Shown here one piece after another: positions 15,705-25,072 of a DNA stretch of 40,536 bases. Below the pieces are notes generated by a model. The model had not been told where the DNA came from. It saw only the letters and a program-made list of their open reading frames with translations, and made no database searches. This DNA is from a virus (lineage: Duplodnaviria > Caudoviricetes). The position numbers and the translations under genes were made by a program. Position 1 is the first letter of the stretch, and every line of letters begins with the position of its first letter. Where the stretch lies: positions 1-40,536 of the IMG/VR virus record IMGVR_UViG_3300037462_000269; one strand, written 5' to 3'.

Positions 15705-16853
15705 TTACGAGTTGACGAACTCCAATACGCCCGTTTTGTTGGGCTGCGGGTTGAGCGGGTTTTGCACGCAAGTGCTGGCCAGTGCGCCAAAGATACCGAA
15801 CTGCGTTTGCAGGGTGAACGTGTGGCGATAGTTGCAACTGTCGTAGTAGTGCCCGAGGTCAAACTCGAAAGGCCCCCAAGGCGTGTTGAACACTTGCGTC
15901 GTGCGGATCAAGCCGTCGGTGCGGTCTTCCTTCCGGTAGGTGCTACCGGGCCGGAAGAAGTTGTACCACAGCGGCAGGATAGCGCCGTTCTGGATGGCCA
16001 GATACGTTTTGGGGTCTGAAGACACATCGGCCGAACCCAGTGTGTTGGTGTAGTGGTACTCGATGCCTGCGCCCCCGAACACTTGGTTGATCATTTGGCC
16101 GCCGATGTTGCCAGTACCAATTTGGGTAGCGATATACGCCCGGCTCATGTCGCTGGCACCAAACAGGTGGATCGGGTTGGCTGCGTTGAACTGCAATTTC
16201 AGCATCTCGTCTTTGATCGCTTGGATGTCGGCAGGGCTAACAACCAAGCCACCGGTGTCCGCAGACGTGCGTAGGGGGCTGATCGTTTTGGTGGCGCTAC
16301 CGTCCGCAAACGGGCCTACGTAGCCGTTCCAGACCACGTATTGCAGCGTCTTTTCGAGCTTGCTCATAAACGCAGGCAACATCCGTTGCTGGATGATTTC
16401 GGCCAAGATGCTGGCGGCCGTGTCCGTCATGACCGCATTGCGGTTCTGGTAGAAGTGCAGGTTGGAGTCTTTGACACTGATTTTCAGGCGTACTTGCTTG
16501 CAAAAATCAATGTCGGCGTGGCCAAATTTGAGATCGTCACCGCTTTCGCAGAGTCCGCCGGGGGCGTTGAGTTCGCAATTTTCCTCAATTTCGTCTTTAT
16601 CAAATCCGTCGTTGAGGTGTTGGATGTACTTGACGCGCATCCGGTTGTTCTGCGAAAAGTCCTGAATCAGCTCATAGCTGGTGCCGCCTTTGTTCATCTG
16701 GCTGTTGAGGGCAGCAAGCATGATGGGCTGCGCGTTGGCGTTCCAAGCGCTTGCGATTGCGCCCGGCTGTTGCTCCAGAGAGGCAAGGCCGATGGTCAGG
16801 ATGTCCTGAAAATCGCGGGTAATGGCATCTGAAACAGATGTGCAGGTAGACAT
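15705..16853 (-). CDS. Major capsid protein
   Basis: 382 aa after the scaffold gene with a dedicated leader; size and synteny fit an HK97-fold capsid. Confidence 0.72.
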   Translation of the reverse strand: MSTCTSVSDAITRDFQDILTIGLASLEQQPGAIASAWNANAQPIMLAALNSQMNKGGTSYELIQDFSQNNRMRVKYIQHLNDGFDKDEIEENCELNAPGGLCESGDDLKFGHADIDFCKQVRLKISVKDSNLHFYQNRNAVMTDTAASILAEIIQQRMLPAFMSKLEKTLQYVVWNGYVGPFADGSATKTISPLRTSADTGGLVVSPADIQAIKDEMLKLQFNAANPIHLFGASDMSRAYIATQIGTGNIGGQMINQVFGGAGIEYHYTNTLGSADVSSDPKTYLAIQNGAILPLWYNFFRPGSTYRKEDRTDGLIRTTQVFNTPWGPFEFDLGHYYDSCNYRHTFTLQTQFGIFGALASTCVQNPLNPQPNKTGVLEFVNS

Positions 16854-16856
16854 AAT

Positions 16857-16929
16857 GCAAGAGGGTTAAAGGGTGTGTGGATAGCCTCTTGCGGTCAGCC
16901 TGCCGATCGACAGCAAATAACGCAAAAAA
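16857..16929 (-). promoter_or_regulatory. Conserved late leader element, copy 1 (capsid)
   Basis: 25/26 nt identity of 16884-16909 with 23156-23181, plus shared upstream TTTTTGCGTTA(A)TTTGC. Confidence 0.75.
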
Positions 16930-16954
16930 GGCAACACTTACCGTGCTGCCTTTT
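16924..16954 (-). terminator. Terminator after the scaffold gene
   Basis: AAAAGGCAGCAC/GTGTTGCCTTTTTT. Confidence 0.7.
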
Positions 16955-16979
16955 GTTTTTGGTATTCTTGCGACGCTTG

Positions 16980-17900
16980 TTAGCCGTTTTTGGCTGCAAT
17001 TCGTGCCGCAGCTTCAGCAGCCGCTGCCGAACGATCCACAAACTCACCCGAACGAGTGGCGTGGTTGGCAAACACGTTGTTCATCGTGCCGGGGATAGTG
17101 AGGCCGGGGGGCAATGTGGTTTTGAGTTCACCGTTATTGCCACCAGACGTGCTGTTACCACCAGCGCCGGGGGTGTTTTGTGGGGCCGAGTCAGCGCCGG
17201 GGGCCTTGCTGAACAGCCCGTAAGACTCTTGGCCAGCCACGTCTTTGACCAGTTCTTCAAACGAGTCGTAGACACCCGCGCCGCTTTTACGCGAAATCAC
17301 TTCGCCGTTTCGGTAAGGTATCCGCTTGCCGTTGGTTTCGACCACGGTAACGCCCTCCAAGTCCTTTTCGATGATCCGCAGCGCGGCATCAGCCCCTACT
17401 TTGAGGTTTTTGAGGCTTCCGAGCACGCTTTTGGTTTCGCCGATCAGCTTTTCTTTCTGGAACTCTTGCTTGACCTTGTTGACCTCAGCGGGCAAATCCT
17501 CTTCTTTGAGCTTCTGGTAAGCCAGTTTTGCTTCGTTCAGCTCTTTGGTAAGGCGCTCAATGTCTTTGTTTTGGTCACCTGCGGCGGGTGCGGCTTTTGC
17601 GACCTTGGCGGCCCAGTTTTCGAGCGTTTTGCCAATATCGCCTTTGACCTCCATCGATTCTTCAAAGCCCGGCAGTTGTTTGGCGCGGCGCGATACTTCG
17701 CCGTAGGCGTTCGTAACACCTTGTGCGACAAATTCTTTTGTGAATTCTTTGTCGCTCTTTAGGCCCTGCTTTGCGTTTTCCATCATCGCAGGGCCAATGG
17801 CCGTAACAACAGTGTCGGGGGCGTCGTCTTTGACGGCAGCCAACAATGTTTCTTTGGGCACCTTGAAATAGGTAGCCAAGTGGTCTAAAAATTTGTCCAT
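16980..17900 (-). CDS. Scaffold protein
   Basis: Charged coiled coil with a Gly-rich C-terminal tail, upstream of the capsid gene. Confidence 0.65.
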   Translation of the reverse strand: MDKFLDHLATYFKVPKETLLAAVKDDAPDTVVTAIGPAMMENAKQGLKSDKEFTKEFVAQGVTNAYGEVSRRAKQLPGFEESMEVKGDIGKTLENWAAKVAKAAPAAGDQNKDIERLTKELNEAKLAYQKLKEEDLPAEVNKVKQEFQKEKLIGETKSVLGSLKNLKVGADAALRIIEKDLEGVTVVETNGKRIPYRNGEVISRKSGAGVYDSFEELVKDVAGQESYGLFSKAPGADSAPQNTPGAGGNSTSGGNNGELKTTLPPGLTIPGTMNNVFANHATRSGEFVDRSAAAAEAAARIAAKNG

Positions 17901-17923
17901 GACAACGGGATTGCTGAAAATGA

Positions 17924-18466
17924 TTAATTGAGTTCTTTGCCTGCAACGTTCAGCCCTGCGGTTGGGTCAATGTCTGCGTCAGATTTGGGCATGCCCTTGC
18001 GCTTGCGATCCGGGCCAGTGGCCAGTTCGACAGCAAGGGGGACGTTTTCGCCCGGCACGCCAACTGGCACGCTTGCGGTGCCCGGCTGTGATTCGTACAC
18101 CGGCGCGGTGGTAGCCATAAGCGGCTGCACAATCTCAACTTCAGGGGCTTTGGGTGGCACGACAACTGGCTTAGGGGCGCTCTTAGCGGCAACCACCTCT
18201 ACACCCTGTTCCCCGTGATTTCGTGCCACCCGCACTAAAGGGTTGCTGGACGCGAACGTGTGCTTTGCCGATAGGCTGGTGAAAGCCGACAACGGCGTGC
18301 CAGGCGGCACGCTTTGCACGATCTCTACCGTGGCATCAGGGTAGTGATGCAAGATGTCCGCTTTGCGCATTTCGGCTTGTCGAGGCCGAAATGTTGGCCC
18401 CGTTACGTGCCGTTTGACTGTGCCGTCCGCTTGTGGCAGTTCGGCGATGACATAGTAATCTGGCAT
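17924..18466 (-). CDS. Pro/Val-rich hypothetical protein
   Basis: Fills the gap in the head operon; start MPDYY. Confidence 0.6.
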   Translation of the reverse strand: MPDYYVIAELPQADGTVKRHVTGPTFRPRQAEMRKADILHHYPDATVEIVQSVPPGTPLSAFTSLSAKHTFASSNPLVRVARNHGEQGVEVVAAKSAPKPVVVPPKAPEVEIVQPLMATTAPVYESQPGTASVPVGVPGENVPLAVELATGPDRKRKGMPKSDADIDPTAGLNVAGKELN

Positions 18467-18482
18467 TTTATTAGCAATAAAG

Positions 18483-19304
18483 TTAACCCTTGGGTGCGCG
18501 GATTGCTTTTGTTTGGTGACGGCACCCGTAACCACCACATACCGAAGGCCAGTTTTGGGCAGTTAGGCCAAGGCCGTAGCCGTAACCTGTGCTGTTTTTC
18601 CACCTTTCAACCTCTTTCGGTATTTCAGAAATCAAAATTATGCGTTTTTTAACCCAATGCACACACTGCGGACGGGAGTCAAGCAACAAAGTGCCTTGGT
18701 ATTCATAGGCGTTCAGGTCGAACTCTTCGGCAATAACTTGCTGTAAGGTGCCGTCCAAGGTGCGCACCGTGTCCAGTGCAGTGGTGTTGACATAGCTCGA
18801 CAGCCTACCGCCGTCACCTTCAATGCCTTTGACGTAGCGCTTTAGCGCTGTTTTGAGTTGCTGTACACTACCACCATTCGTAACCGCAGAGCGCATATAG
18901 AGCTTCAGCGGGTTGGTGAACTGCACCCGCATATTTGGCTCGGCCAAAAGGGCTTGTGCGTTTTCTATGGCCACCTCCTTTGGCGTGCTTAGCAACCTTT
19001 TCGGCACCTTTTCGCTGGATGCTGTGGCGGATAGTTGCGCCAGTTCGGGCACCATGCGCACGTAATCCGAAAACGTGCGGGCGTACGCGCCAGAATTGAG
19101 GTTGTCGGCCACCAGCTTTTCGACCTTCATCAACTCTGACGTTAGCGACTGGCTATAATCAAGCCGCCCCGCTTTGGTGTCCAAGCTGTCCACGATAGCG
19201 ATAAGGCCGCGATAGATGGACTCCTCCACCTTTGGCAGCACGGGCCGGAACAGGTCTGCGGCTGCTTCGTATGCCTTTATCTTGCGCTTATCGTCCGGCG
19301 TCAT
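18483..19304 (-). CDS. Minor head morphogenesis protein (MuF/SPP1 gp7-like)
   Basis: Y.Y.G....DSRPQC and GGYGCRH motifs; follows the portal gene. Confidence 0.75.
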   Translation of the reverse strand: MTPDDKRKIKAYEAAADLFRPVLPKVEESIYRGLIAIVDSLDTKAGRLDYSQSLTSELMKVEKLVADNLNSGAYARTFSDYVRMVPELAQLSATASSEKVPKRLLSTPKEVAIENAQALLAEPNMRVQFTNPLKLYMRSAVTNGGSVQQLKTALKRYVKGIEGDGGRLSSYVNTTALDTVRTLDGTLQQVIAEEFDLNAYEYQGTLLLDSRPQCVHWVKKRIILISEIPKEVERWKNSTGYGYGLGLTAQNWPSVCGGYGCRHQTKAIRAPKG

Positions 19305-21051
19305 CTTCTACGTCGTTCGGGTCTTCTGTGTCTTCTGGGTCTTCAGGATCGGGCTGCGGGTCATTGCCAACTGCGGGGATAATCTGAGGTTGCTCCTTTG
19401 CTACAATATCGGCAATCACTTTGTCGAGCGCGTCGAAAATTACTTGGTCTTTCGAGGTCATCACGAACTCTGAATCCATCTTGTGCAGCTCGCGCTCGCC
19501 CCATTTGTGCCGGGCAACGTCCATATCTGTTGCCAAGCCTGCGGCCCGCCATTCCAACAACTGCTGCGAATTGGTGAAAAACGGGTCATAGTCCACGAGC
19601 AGTAGCATCGTGCGCTTACCAAGTTCGTTGCCACCGTAATATTGCTCAGCCCACGATCGCGTGTACTCGCGCATAATGCCGTCTGGCGCTTTGGCCGATT
19701 GCAGCTTGGCAATGGTCTCAACAATATCCGTAATCGTAGTAATCTGGAAAGCCGTCGGCGCACTGACCTGAATAGGCTCCGTGCGCTTGGCGGCGTCAGG
19801 CTCGTAGAAGGCATAGATAATCTCGATTGAGTTGCGTATCAAGTGGTTGTACACACAATCGGCAATTCGTGCCAATAGGCTGTACTGCGGCTCTCTGTCA
19901 ATCGCTTTTGCAACGCCCGACTGTACGGATTGTGTCAGCACAAGCGTCATGGCATTTTCCATAAGCTCCGTGACGTACTTCGTCCGCTCCAAGCTGGCGG
20001 ACAAAATAGCCGGGTCTGGCGCGTAGAAACTCACGTCGTCGGCGGTGTTGAAGCCCTGCCCAACGTTTGGCTTTAGCTTTTCACGCACATGGACTTTGAG
20101 CGGGTCTGTGGCATAGTTCAGCACACCACTGCCCTTGCAGGTAGTACAATCTGCGCCGGTTTCATCTTTGCGGTGGCCATTGCACGAAGGGCACTCAATC
20201 GGGTTTTCCACCCTGACAGGGTATGCAAACAGCTTGGTTAGCGCCTCATCGTCACTGATTTGCATCAGCGCACGGTTGGCGGCGGGCACGAACGCATCAA
20301 AGAACGAGTACAATACCCGTTCGTCAGGCTCGAATGAACCACCAAGCGACATCCAAGGGGCCAACGGCAGGTCGTGCGCTTCGTAGCTGTACACATACAA
20401 CGTTTGCCAGTCGTTAGGGCCAACTTGCTGAATGAAAGCGCATTGTATGGTATCCATCCAAAAGTAAACCTTGCCTTCTTGGCGCGTCGTCCCCGTGTCC
20501 CCATAAAGGTTGGTTTCATGGGTTTCCACCAGCACGCCGCCCGCACTTAGGTACATGATTTTGTCAGACGACACCAGCATAGGCATAACCTCCAAAGGCG
20601 CGGAGCCGTCCACAATGCCTACGCCAGTGGGCACCCAAAGTAGCAACCCGTTCGGGTCACGCAACATGAAGGGCACAACCGTTTGCTGGATGAACAACTC
20701 AAAGTTCTGGCCCATAAATCCGGTGCCAGACATTATGCCGTTAAGCACTTTGGGCCACTTGACTTGCGAGCCAGAGTCCCCGAAAATCTTGTGGAGCAAG
20801 TCTATACCTTTTTGCCAAGCTGAGCGGCTGGCCTCCGAAAACGTCAAGCACCGCCAACGGTTCGTCTCAATAGACTCGTTAGGGTGCCGCCGGAAAAGGG
20901 GATTTTCCTTCGCTTCGTCATACTTCGGCAGGATACCCTTAGCATGGATGTTGTAGCGCTGCGATAGCTGTTTCCACTTTTCGTGTTGCTTCGGGCGCTT
21001 GATGGTGGCCGCGCCCTTTTTCAGCAGGTCTGGTATTTGCAGTAAGTTCAT
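19288..21051 (-). CDS. Portal protein with a CxxCxG zinc-finger-like insertion
   Basis: 587 aa; QSGVAKAIDR portal-like motif; acidic tail; CPSCNG and CTTCKGSG. Confidence 0.78.
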   Translation of the reverse strand: MNLLQIPDLLKKGAATIKRPKQHEKWKQLSQRYNIHAKGILPKYDEAKENPLFRRHPNESIETNRWRCLTFSEASRSAWQKGIDLLHKIFGDSGSQVKWPKVLNGIMSGTGFMGQNFELFIQQTVVPFMLRDPNGLLLWVPTGVGIVDGSAPLEVMPMLVSSDKIMYLSAGGVLVETHETNLYGDTGTTRQEGKVYFWMDTIQCAFIQQVGPNDWQTLYVYSYEAHDLPLAPWMSLGGSFEPDERVLYSFFDAFVPAANRALMQISDDEALTKLFAYPVRVENPIECPSCNGHRKDETGADCTTCKGSGVLNYATDPLKVHVREKLKPNVGQGFNTADDVSFYAPDPAILSASLERTKYVTELMENAMTLVLTQSVQSGVAKAIDREPQYSLLARIADCVYNHLIRNSIEIIYAFYEPDAAKRTEPIQVSAPTAFQITTITDIVETIAKLQSAKAPDGIMREYTRSWAEQYYGGNELGKRTMLLLVDYDPFFTNSQQLLEWRAAGLATDMDVARHKWGERELHKMDSEFVMTSKDQVIFDALDKVIADIVAKEQPQIIPAVGNDPQPDPEDPEDTEDPNDVEDDAGR

Positions 21052-21059
21052 GGTATTGG

Positions 21060-22067
21060 TCAGCCCGTCCGGCGCAAGGGGTTAAAGGTTGATTTTTGCT
21101 TCCAAGCCAAGCCAGTGGCGGGCATATGGAGCTTTTTGCAAGCGTCTGTTACGATTTCGTTGTACAGCGCTGGTATAGCGTGGGGCACGTTAGCCCCCTC
21201 CATTGCGGGCGTGTAGCCTATGCAACCGTCGTGGTGGAGTATGTCGATAAGCAGTTCACGGCTCCATTTGGTGTGCCCAGAACGGTAGTGCGCTGGCAGC
21301 CCCACAACGGGGCTGAATATCGGGCGGTATGTTTGCGGCTTTGGCCGTCCTGTCACAGCATAGGCGGCATTAAAGTACGCTTCGTCAGGCACACTACCAG
21401 ACCAACCAAACGGCTCTATGGCCTTGGCTTGCAGTATCTTGCGTGCAGTCGTGAAAATGTTGTGCCCGCCCGGCGTGAACCAAAGGTATGTGCTTTGTGA
21501 CTGTGGCAACCAACTGTTTAGCCCTATCAATCCGGTCTTTTGCAGTTGCCGGATAACCGAAACGGGCGCTTTGCCGTCCCCGTCGCCAGACCAATAGGTG
21601 TAGTAGGGCTTAGTATCGTACAGCTTGATGGTGCCGTCCATTGCCAAGCGAGTCATGCTATTGACTTGCGTGAGGAAGTCGTGGCCAGAAGCCCGCAAAT
21701 CGTTAACGTGACTGTTTAAGTCATGCACGATAACCGTATCAGAGTCAATAAATAGCGTATTTTCATACGGACTAAGCACGTCCAGATACATTTTCGGCAG
21801 GTGGAAGGCAAACGTGCTTTCCGTGTCCGTCTTTTTGTAGGTGTAGAACGATTCAGGCACCAGCACGAAGTCCGTAAACAAGGCGCGTTGGGCGTCGGTC
21901 ATGTACGATAGGCTATCCACCACGCCCATCCCGCGCACCTTGGCAACGCTGTACAGCACCGCCAGTGGGCCAGTATAGCCGCTTGCGCGAATCGTTATCG
22001 CAAGCGCGGCAGCGTACCTGCCATAGGCAGGGTGCCCGCAAGCGACTGTCGCAATGCCTGTTTTCAT
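21060..22067 (-). CDS. GT-A fold glycosyltransferase (GT8-like)
   Basis: Y..YAAALAITIR, K.YLD.LSPYENTLFIDSD and DEAYFN motifs. Confidence 0.72.
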   Translation of the reverse strand: MKTGIATVACGHPAYGRYAAALAITIRASGYTGPLAVLYSVAKVRGMGVVDSLSYMTDAQRALFTDFVLVPESFYTYKKTDTESTFAFHLPKMYLDVLSPYENTLFIDSDTVIVHDLNSHVNDLRASGHDFLTQVNSMTRLAMDGTIKLYDTKPYYTYWSGDGDGKAPVSVIRQLQKTGLIGLNSWLPQSQSTYLWFTPGGHNIFTTARKILQAKAIEPFGWSGSVPDEAYFNAAYAVTGRPKPQTYRPIFSPVVGLPAHYRSGHTKWSRELLIDILHHDGCIGYTPAMEGANVPHAIPALYNEIVTDACKKLHMPATGLAWKQKSTFNPLRRTG

Positions 22068-22080
22068 CCCGCCAAGATAC

Positions 22081-22108
22081 AAAAAACCCCGCCTTTTGAG
22101 GGGCGGGG
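22081..22108 (-). terminator. Terminator after the major tail gene
   Basis: CCCCGCC-N7-GGCGGGG followed by TTTTTT. Confidence 0.75.
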
Positions 22109-22139
22109 CCGACAATCCCGATGCCTTGCACAGAGATGA

Positions 22140-23132
22140 TTAGGCGATGTTCACGGGCTGGGTAAGCACCAGTGGGTTGTTGCCACAGCCAGAGACAGTG
22201 ACGGTGTAACTGCCCGTGTTGGTGGTGGTACCGGACAGAATGACCATGAAGCCGGATTGCGTGCCGGGCACGGTGCCCAAGCCAGTGTCCACTGTGCCGA
22301 GCAAGTCGGCAGGGTCGGGCGAACCAAGGTCTACGTCCATGCGATAGATGGAAGCCGTCACGCCGGCACCGGTCAACGTACTGTCCAGTTCGACGGTCAC
22401 CTCAACGTCCAAAGCGCACGACGTGCGGGTGAACAAGAAGCCAAGGAACGGCGTGGTTTGGTCTTGCCCTTCGGGCTGGCCAACGGGCAGCAGGGTTTCA
22501 ATGCCTTCGGGCGTAGTGCCGGAACCGCATTCTTCGGCTTGGTAGTTGAGCAACAGTTGCTCAAGGCCGGGGATACGGCCCAGCGGCTTTTCGGGGCCGT
22601 AGGTGGTGTACAGCACCGCGCCGCCAATTTCGCGGTAGTTCCGGTTGCCCGAACTCCAAGGCCGGTCAATGTACCGGACTGCCGTCGGCTGCGTAATGGC
22701 ATACCACACGCCGTCGCAAGTCATGTACATGTAGACCAAGTTTTTGTTGTTGCCGTTCGCCCCGAACAGGTAGTCGAAAAAGTCGATGTTGGTGTACGTC
22801 TCCGCATCGGTTTTCTCCGACACAAACTCAATGCGCGAATTGTAGTCGATTGCCGTTTCTTGGCCGGAGCAAATGTCCAGCACGGCGCTTTGCGCTTCAG
22901 GTTCGATCCGCGTACCGCGTCCGGCGGGGGAAATGCGCACCGCCGAGCAGTTTGTTTCGACAATCGCTTGCCAGAGGGCAAGGTTAGTGGGGTCTGAGGC
23001 TGGGAATACCGAACAGTCAACCGCCACGATGAACGGGAAGTCCACGCGCTCCAAACGGGAGCCGCACTGTACGTTAACGATGTTGGGGATTTGGGTTGTG
23101 GGGCAAGGCCCACAAGAAAGGAGTAGGGACAT
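22140..23132 (-). CDS. Major tail (tube) protein with a C-terminal Ig-like extension
   Basis: Own leader and terminator; N-terminal tube-like pattern; shares its leader with the capsid gene. Confidence 0.62.
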   Translation of the reverse strand: MSLLLSCGPCPTTQIPNIVNVQCGSRLERVDFPFIVAVDCSVFPASDPTNLALWQAIVETNCSAVRISPAGRGTRIEPEAQSAVLDICSGQETAIDYNSRIEFVSEKTDAETYTNIDFFDYLFGANGNNKNLVYMYMTCDGVWYAITQPTAVRYIDRPWSSGNRNYREIGGAVLYTTYGPEKPLGRIPGLEQLLLNYQAEECGSGTTPEGIETLLPVGQPEGQDQTTPFLGFLFTRTSCALDVEVTVELDSTLTGAGVTASIYRMDVDLGSPDPADLLGTVDTGLGTVPGTQSGFMVILSGTTTNTGSYTVTVSGCGNNPLVLTQPVNIA

Positions 23133-23133
23133 A

Positions 23134-23201
23134 GCTGAGAGGGGATTAGGTTGGGGCCTCTCGCGGTCAGCCTGCCGATCGTTGGCAAATTAACGCAAAA
23201 A
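23134..23201 (-). promoter_or_regulatory. Conserved late leader element, copy 2 (major tail)
   Basis: Near-identical to 16884-16929. Confidence 0.75.
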
Positions 23202-23224
23202 CCCGCGCCTTGTGAGCGCGGGTT
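23197..23224 (-). terminator. Terminator ending the accessory cassette
   Basis: AACCCGCGC-N7-GCGCGGGTTTTT. Confidence 0.75.
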
Positions 23225-23249
23225 GCGAAAATAACATAGCGTGCGGGCC

Positions 23250-23735
23250 TTAATCTGCTTTTGTGGCGGCTTTGATGTGTGCGATCCGTTCGCGGTGGTA
23301 CTTTGTCGGGGCCAGCTTTTGCAGGACTTCGCCGCTTGCGGGGTCAATGTAGTACACCAAATCGGTGTCGGGGTCGTACCGAGTTTCGACCCGCCGCATT
23401 TCGCCCCAAGGCTCGTTCAGCTTGCTCGAAGTTGCGAAAACAGACGTAAGTGCGTCGTCCGCAACCTTTTTGAGTTCCTTCATCTCTGCCTTCAACGCCT
23501 CCAGATTGTTTGCGGCGTTGCGGGCATAGATTGTTTGCTCCTGCAACAGCTCAAACATTTTTTGCCGCTCTTGTGATGCGGCTGGCGTTTGCAGCGTGAC
23601 GTTTTGGTCACCCAAGTCGAGCATTTTGCTGTCGTCTTCGATGATTTCGTAGTCCACGTCTTCTGCGTGGCGCTTGTGAATGGTTGGCAGCGCGGTGCTT
23701 TGTGGCACGTGCTCAATTGCTGAGGATTGTCCCAT
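23250..23735 (-). CDS. Hypothetical coiled-coil protein
   Basis: 161 aa with a strong AC-rich leader. Confidence 0.72.
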   Translation of the reverse strand: MGQSSAIEHVPQSTALPTIHKRHAEDVDYEIIEDDSKMLDLGDQNVTLQTPAASQERQKMFELLQEQTIYARNAANNLEALKAEMKELKKVADDALTSVFATSSKLNEPWGEMRRVETRYDPDTDLVYYIDPASGEVLQKLAPTKYHRERIAHIKAATKAD

Positions 23736-23836
23736 TGTTTTAGTTGTGTTAAAAGGTTGGTGAATATAGAGTTAAATGAAAAAGGTTTCGATTAGCGTGG
23801 CCACCTCAGCAGGCGGGGTGGTGGCAAACAAGCGGC

Positions 23837-24184
23837 TCATCCAATCGGCTGGTTAATGATGCTGGGGTTCTGCGGCGGATTGAGCTCCTGCCACACGAGT
23901 TGCGCCACCTCCCACGTATCAAACGGGTAAGGATGTCCGTCGGCAGGGGCAATGTCGTGGTAGTGGTGGTAGGCGCGTGCCATAGCAACCAATGCGGCTT
24001 CGGCGGCGTTGAGGTTGAGGCGGACTTGCTGCCCGCAGATTTCGCGCCACACATAGCTCCTTATGGCTTGTGCAGCCTGCATACGCTCGTGCCATTTGTC
24101 CGCAATGTCATGGTAGTTGTTGGCCTGCCGGAACGCGTGTTGGTATGCCGTTTTGAGGGCCTCTCGGTTGAGTTGTGCTGTCAT
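23837..24184 (-). CDS. Hypothetical protein
   Basis: ATGA coupling to the upstream gene. Confidence 0.65.
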   Translation of the reverse strand: MTAQLNREALKTAYQHAFRQANNYHDIADKWHERMQAAQAIRSYVWREICGQQVRLNLNAAEAALVAMARAYHHYHDIAPADGHPYPFDTWEVAQLVWQELNPPQNPSIINQPIG

Positions 24185-24555
24185 CGGGCGTTGGCGATTG
24201 GGTCAGCGTTAATGCCCTTGAGGCTGTCGGGCAGCAGGCTTTCGGCCTCAAGGTGGCAGGGTATAGCAACCAAGTCGGTGTTAGTGTCGTAGGTGGCGGC
24301 CAGTTGGCTCAAGGCGCAAAAGCTGAGGTACACGCCGTAGTTGTTGAGGCTGCGGGTTGTTTCGTACATTGCCCAGCGTTGGGCGTTTACGGTGTGTTGC
24401 AGGCTATCGGCGCGGCGTTGCTCCAGTAACCGGTTGAGATGCTCGGCTTGGTAGCGTTCTTTGGCTTTAGACGTGTGCAGGTGCAGAGCGGCGGCGAAAC
24501 TTGCGCCTATGGCTGCCATAAGGAGCATGTAGGCAATGTGTGTGCGGGTTGTCAT
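24181..24555 (-). CDS. Hypothetical protein with an N-terminal membrane anchor
   Basis: IAYMLLMAAIGASFAAALHL hydrophobic segment; start MTTRT. Confidence 0.6.
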   Translation of the reverse strand: MTTRTHIAYMLLMAAIGASFAAALHLHTSKAKERYQAEHLNRLLEQRRADSLQHTVNAQRWAMYETTRSLNNYGVYLSFCALSQLAATYDTNTDLVAIPCHLEAESLLPDSLKGINADPIANAR

Positions 24556-24557
24556 GG

Positions 24558-24860
24558 TCAAAAGGGGTTGTCGGTGGGCGAATATTCGGCGACGCAGGCT
24601 TGGGGTGACATACCCTTTTCGCGGGCGGCGGCCACGTGGACCGCTTGGGGGCAAACTTGGCCTGTTTCTTTGGCGTGTCGCCGAACTGCATCAAGGTAGA
24701 CAGAGTAGGGGAAGCACAGTATAGCCGCTCGAAAGCCGTTGCGATACGCCTGATCTTTTTCGGCGGCACACTTGCTTTGGCGGGTAGTGGCCTCCGCATT
24801 GGCCTCGTCCACAAGGTCTTTGGCCGTGGACAAAAGCTGGTTAATGATGTCGTGTAGCAT
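24558..24860 (-). CDS. Hypothetical protein
   Basis: 100 aa with an AC-rich leader. Confidence 0.65.
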   Translation of the reverse strand: MLHDIINQLLSTAKDLVDEANAEATTRQSKCAAEKDQAYRNGFRAAILCFPYSVYLDAVRRHAKETGQVCPQAVHVAAAREKGMSPQACVAEYSPTDNPF

Positions 24861-24880
24861 TGTGTTAAAAGGGTTGTGGG

Positions 24881-25042
24881 TTAAAAGTTTAAGATACGTT
24901 CGACCAGTTCATGTACTGTGGTTTCGTCGTCCCAGCCGTCTTCTATCTCGTCATCGAACTCGGTCCAGCTGTCAAGTTCGTATCCTTTGGCTTCGAGTGC
25001 GTTTAGCACTTGCTGACGGTAGGTTGCGTAAGAGAGGGGCAT
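24881..25042 (-). CDS. Small, highly acidic 53-aa protein (not in ORF track)
   Basis: MPLSYATYRQQVLNALEAKGYELDSWTEFDDEIEDGWDDETTVHELVERILNF; first gene after a promoter motif. Confidence 0.75.
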   Translation of the reverse strand: MPLSYATYRQQVLNALEAKGYELDSWTEFDDEIEDGWDDETTVHELVERILNF

Positions 25043-25072
25043 GGTGTTGGCTTTGCTGAGTGATTATACTGT

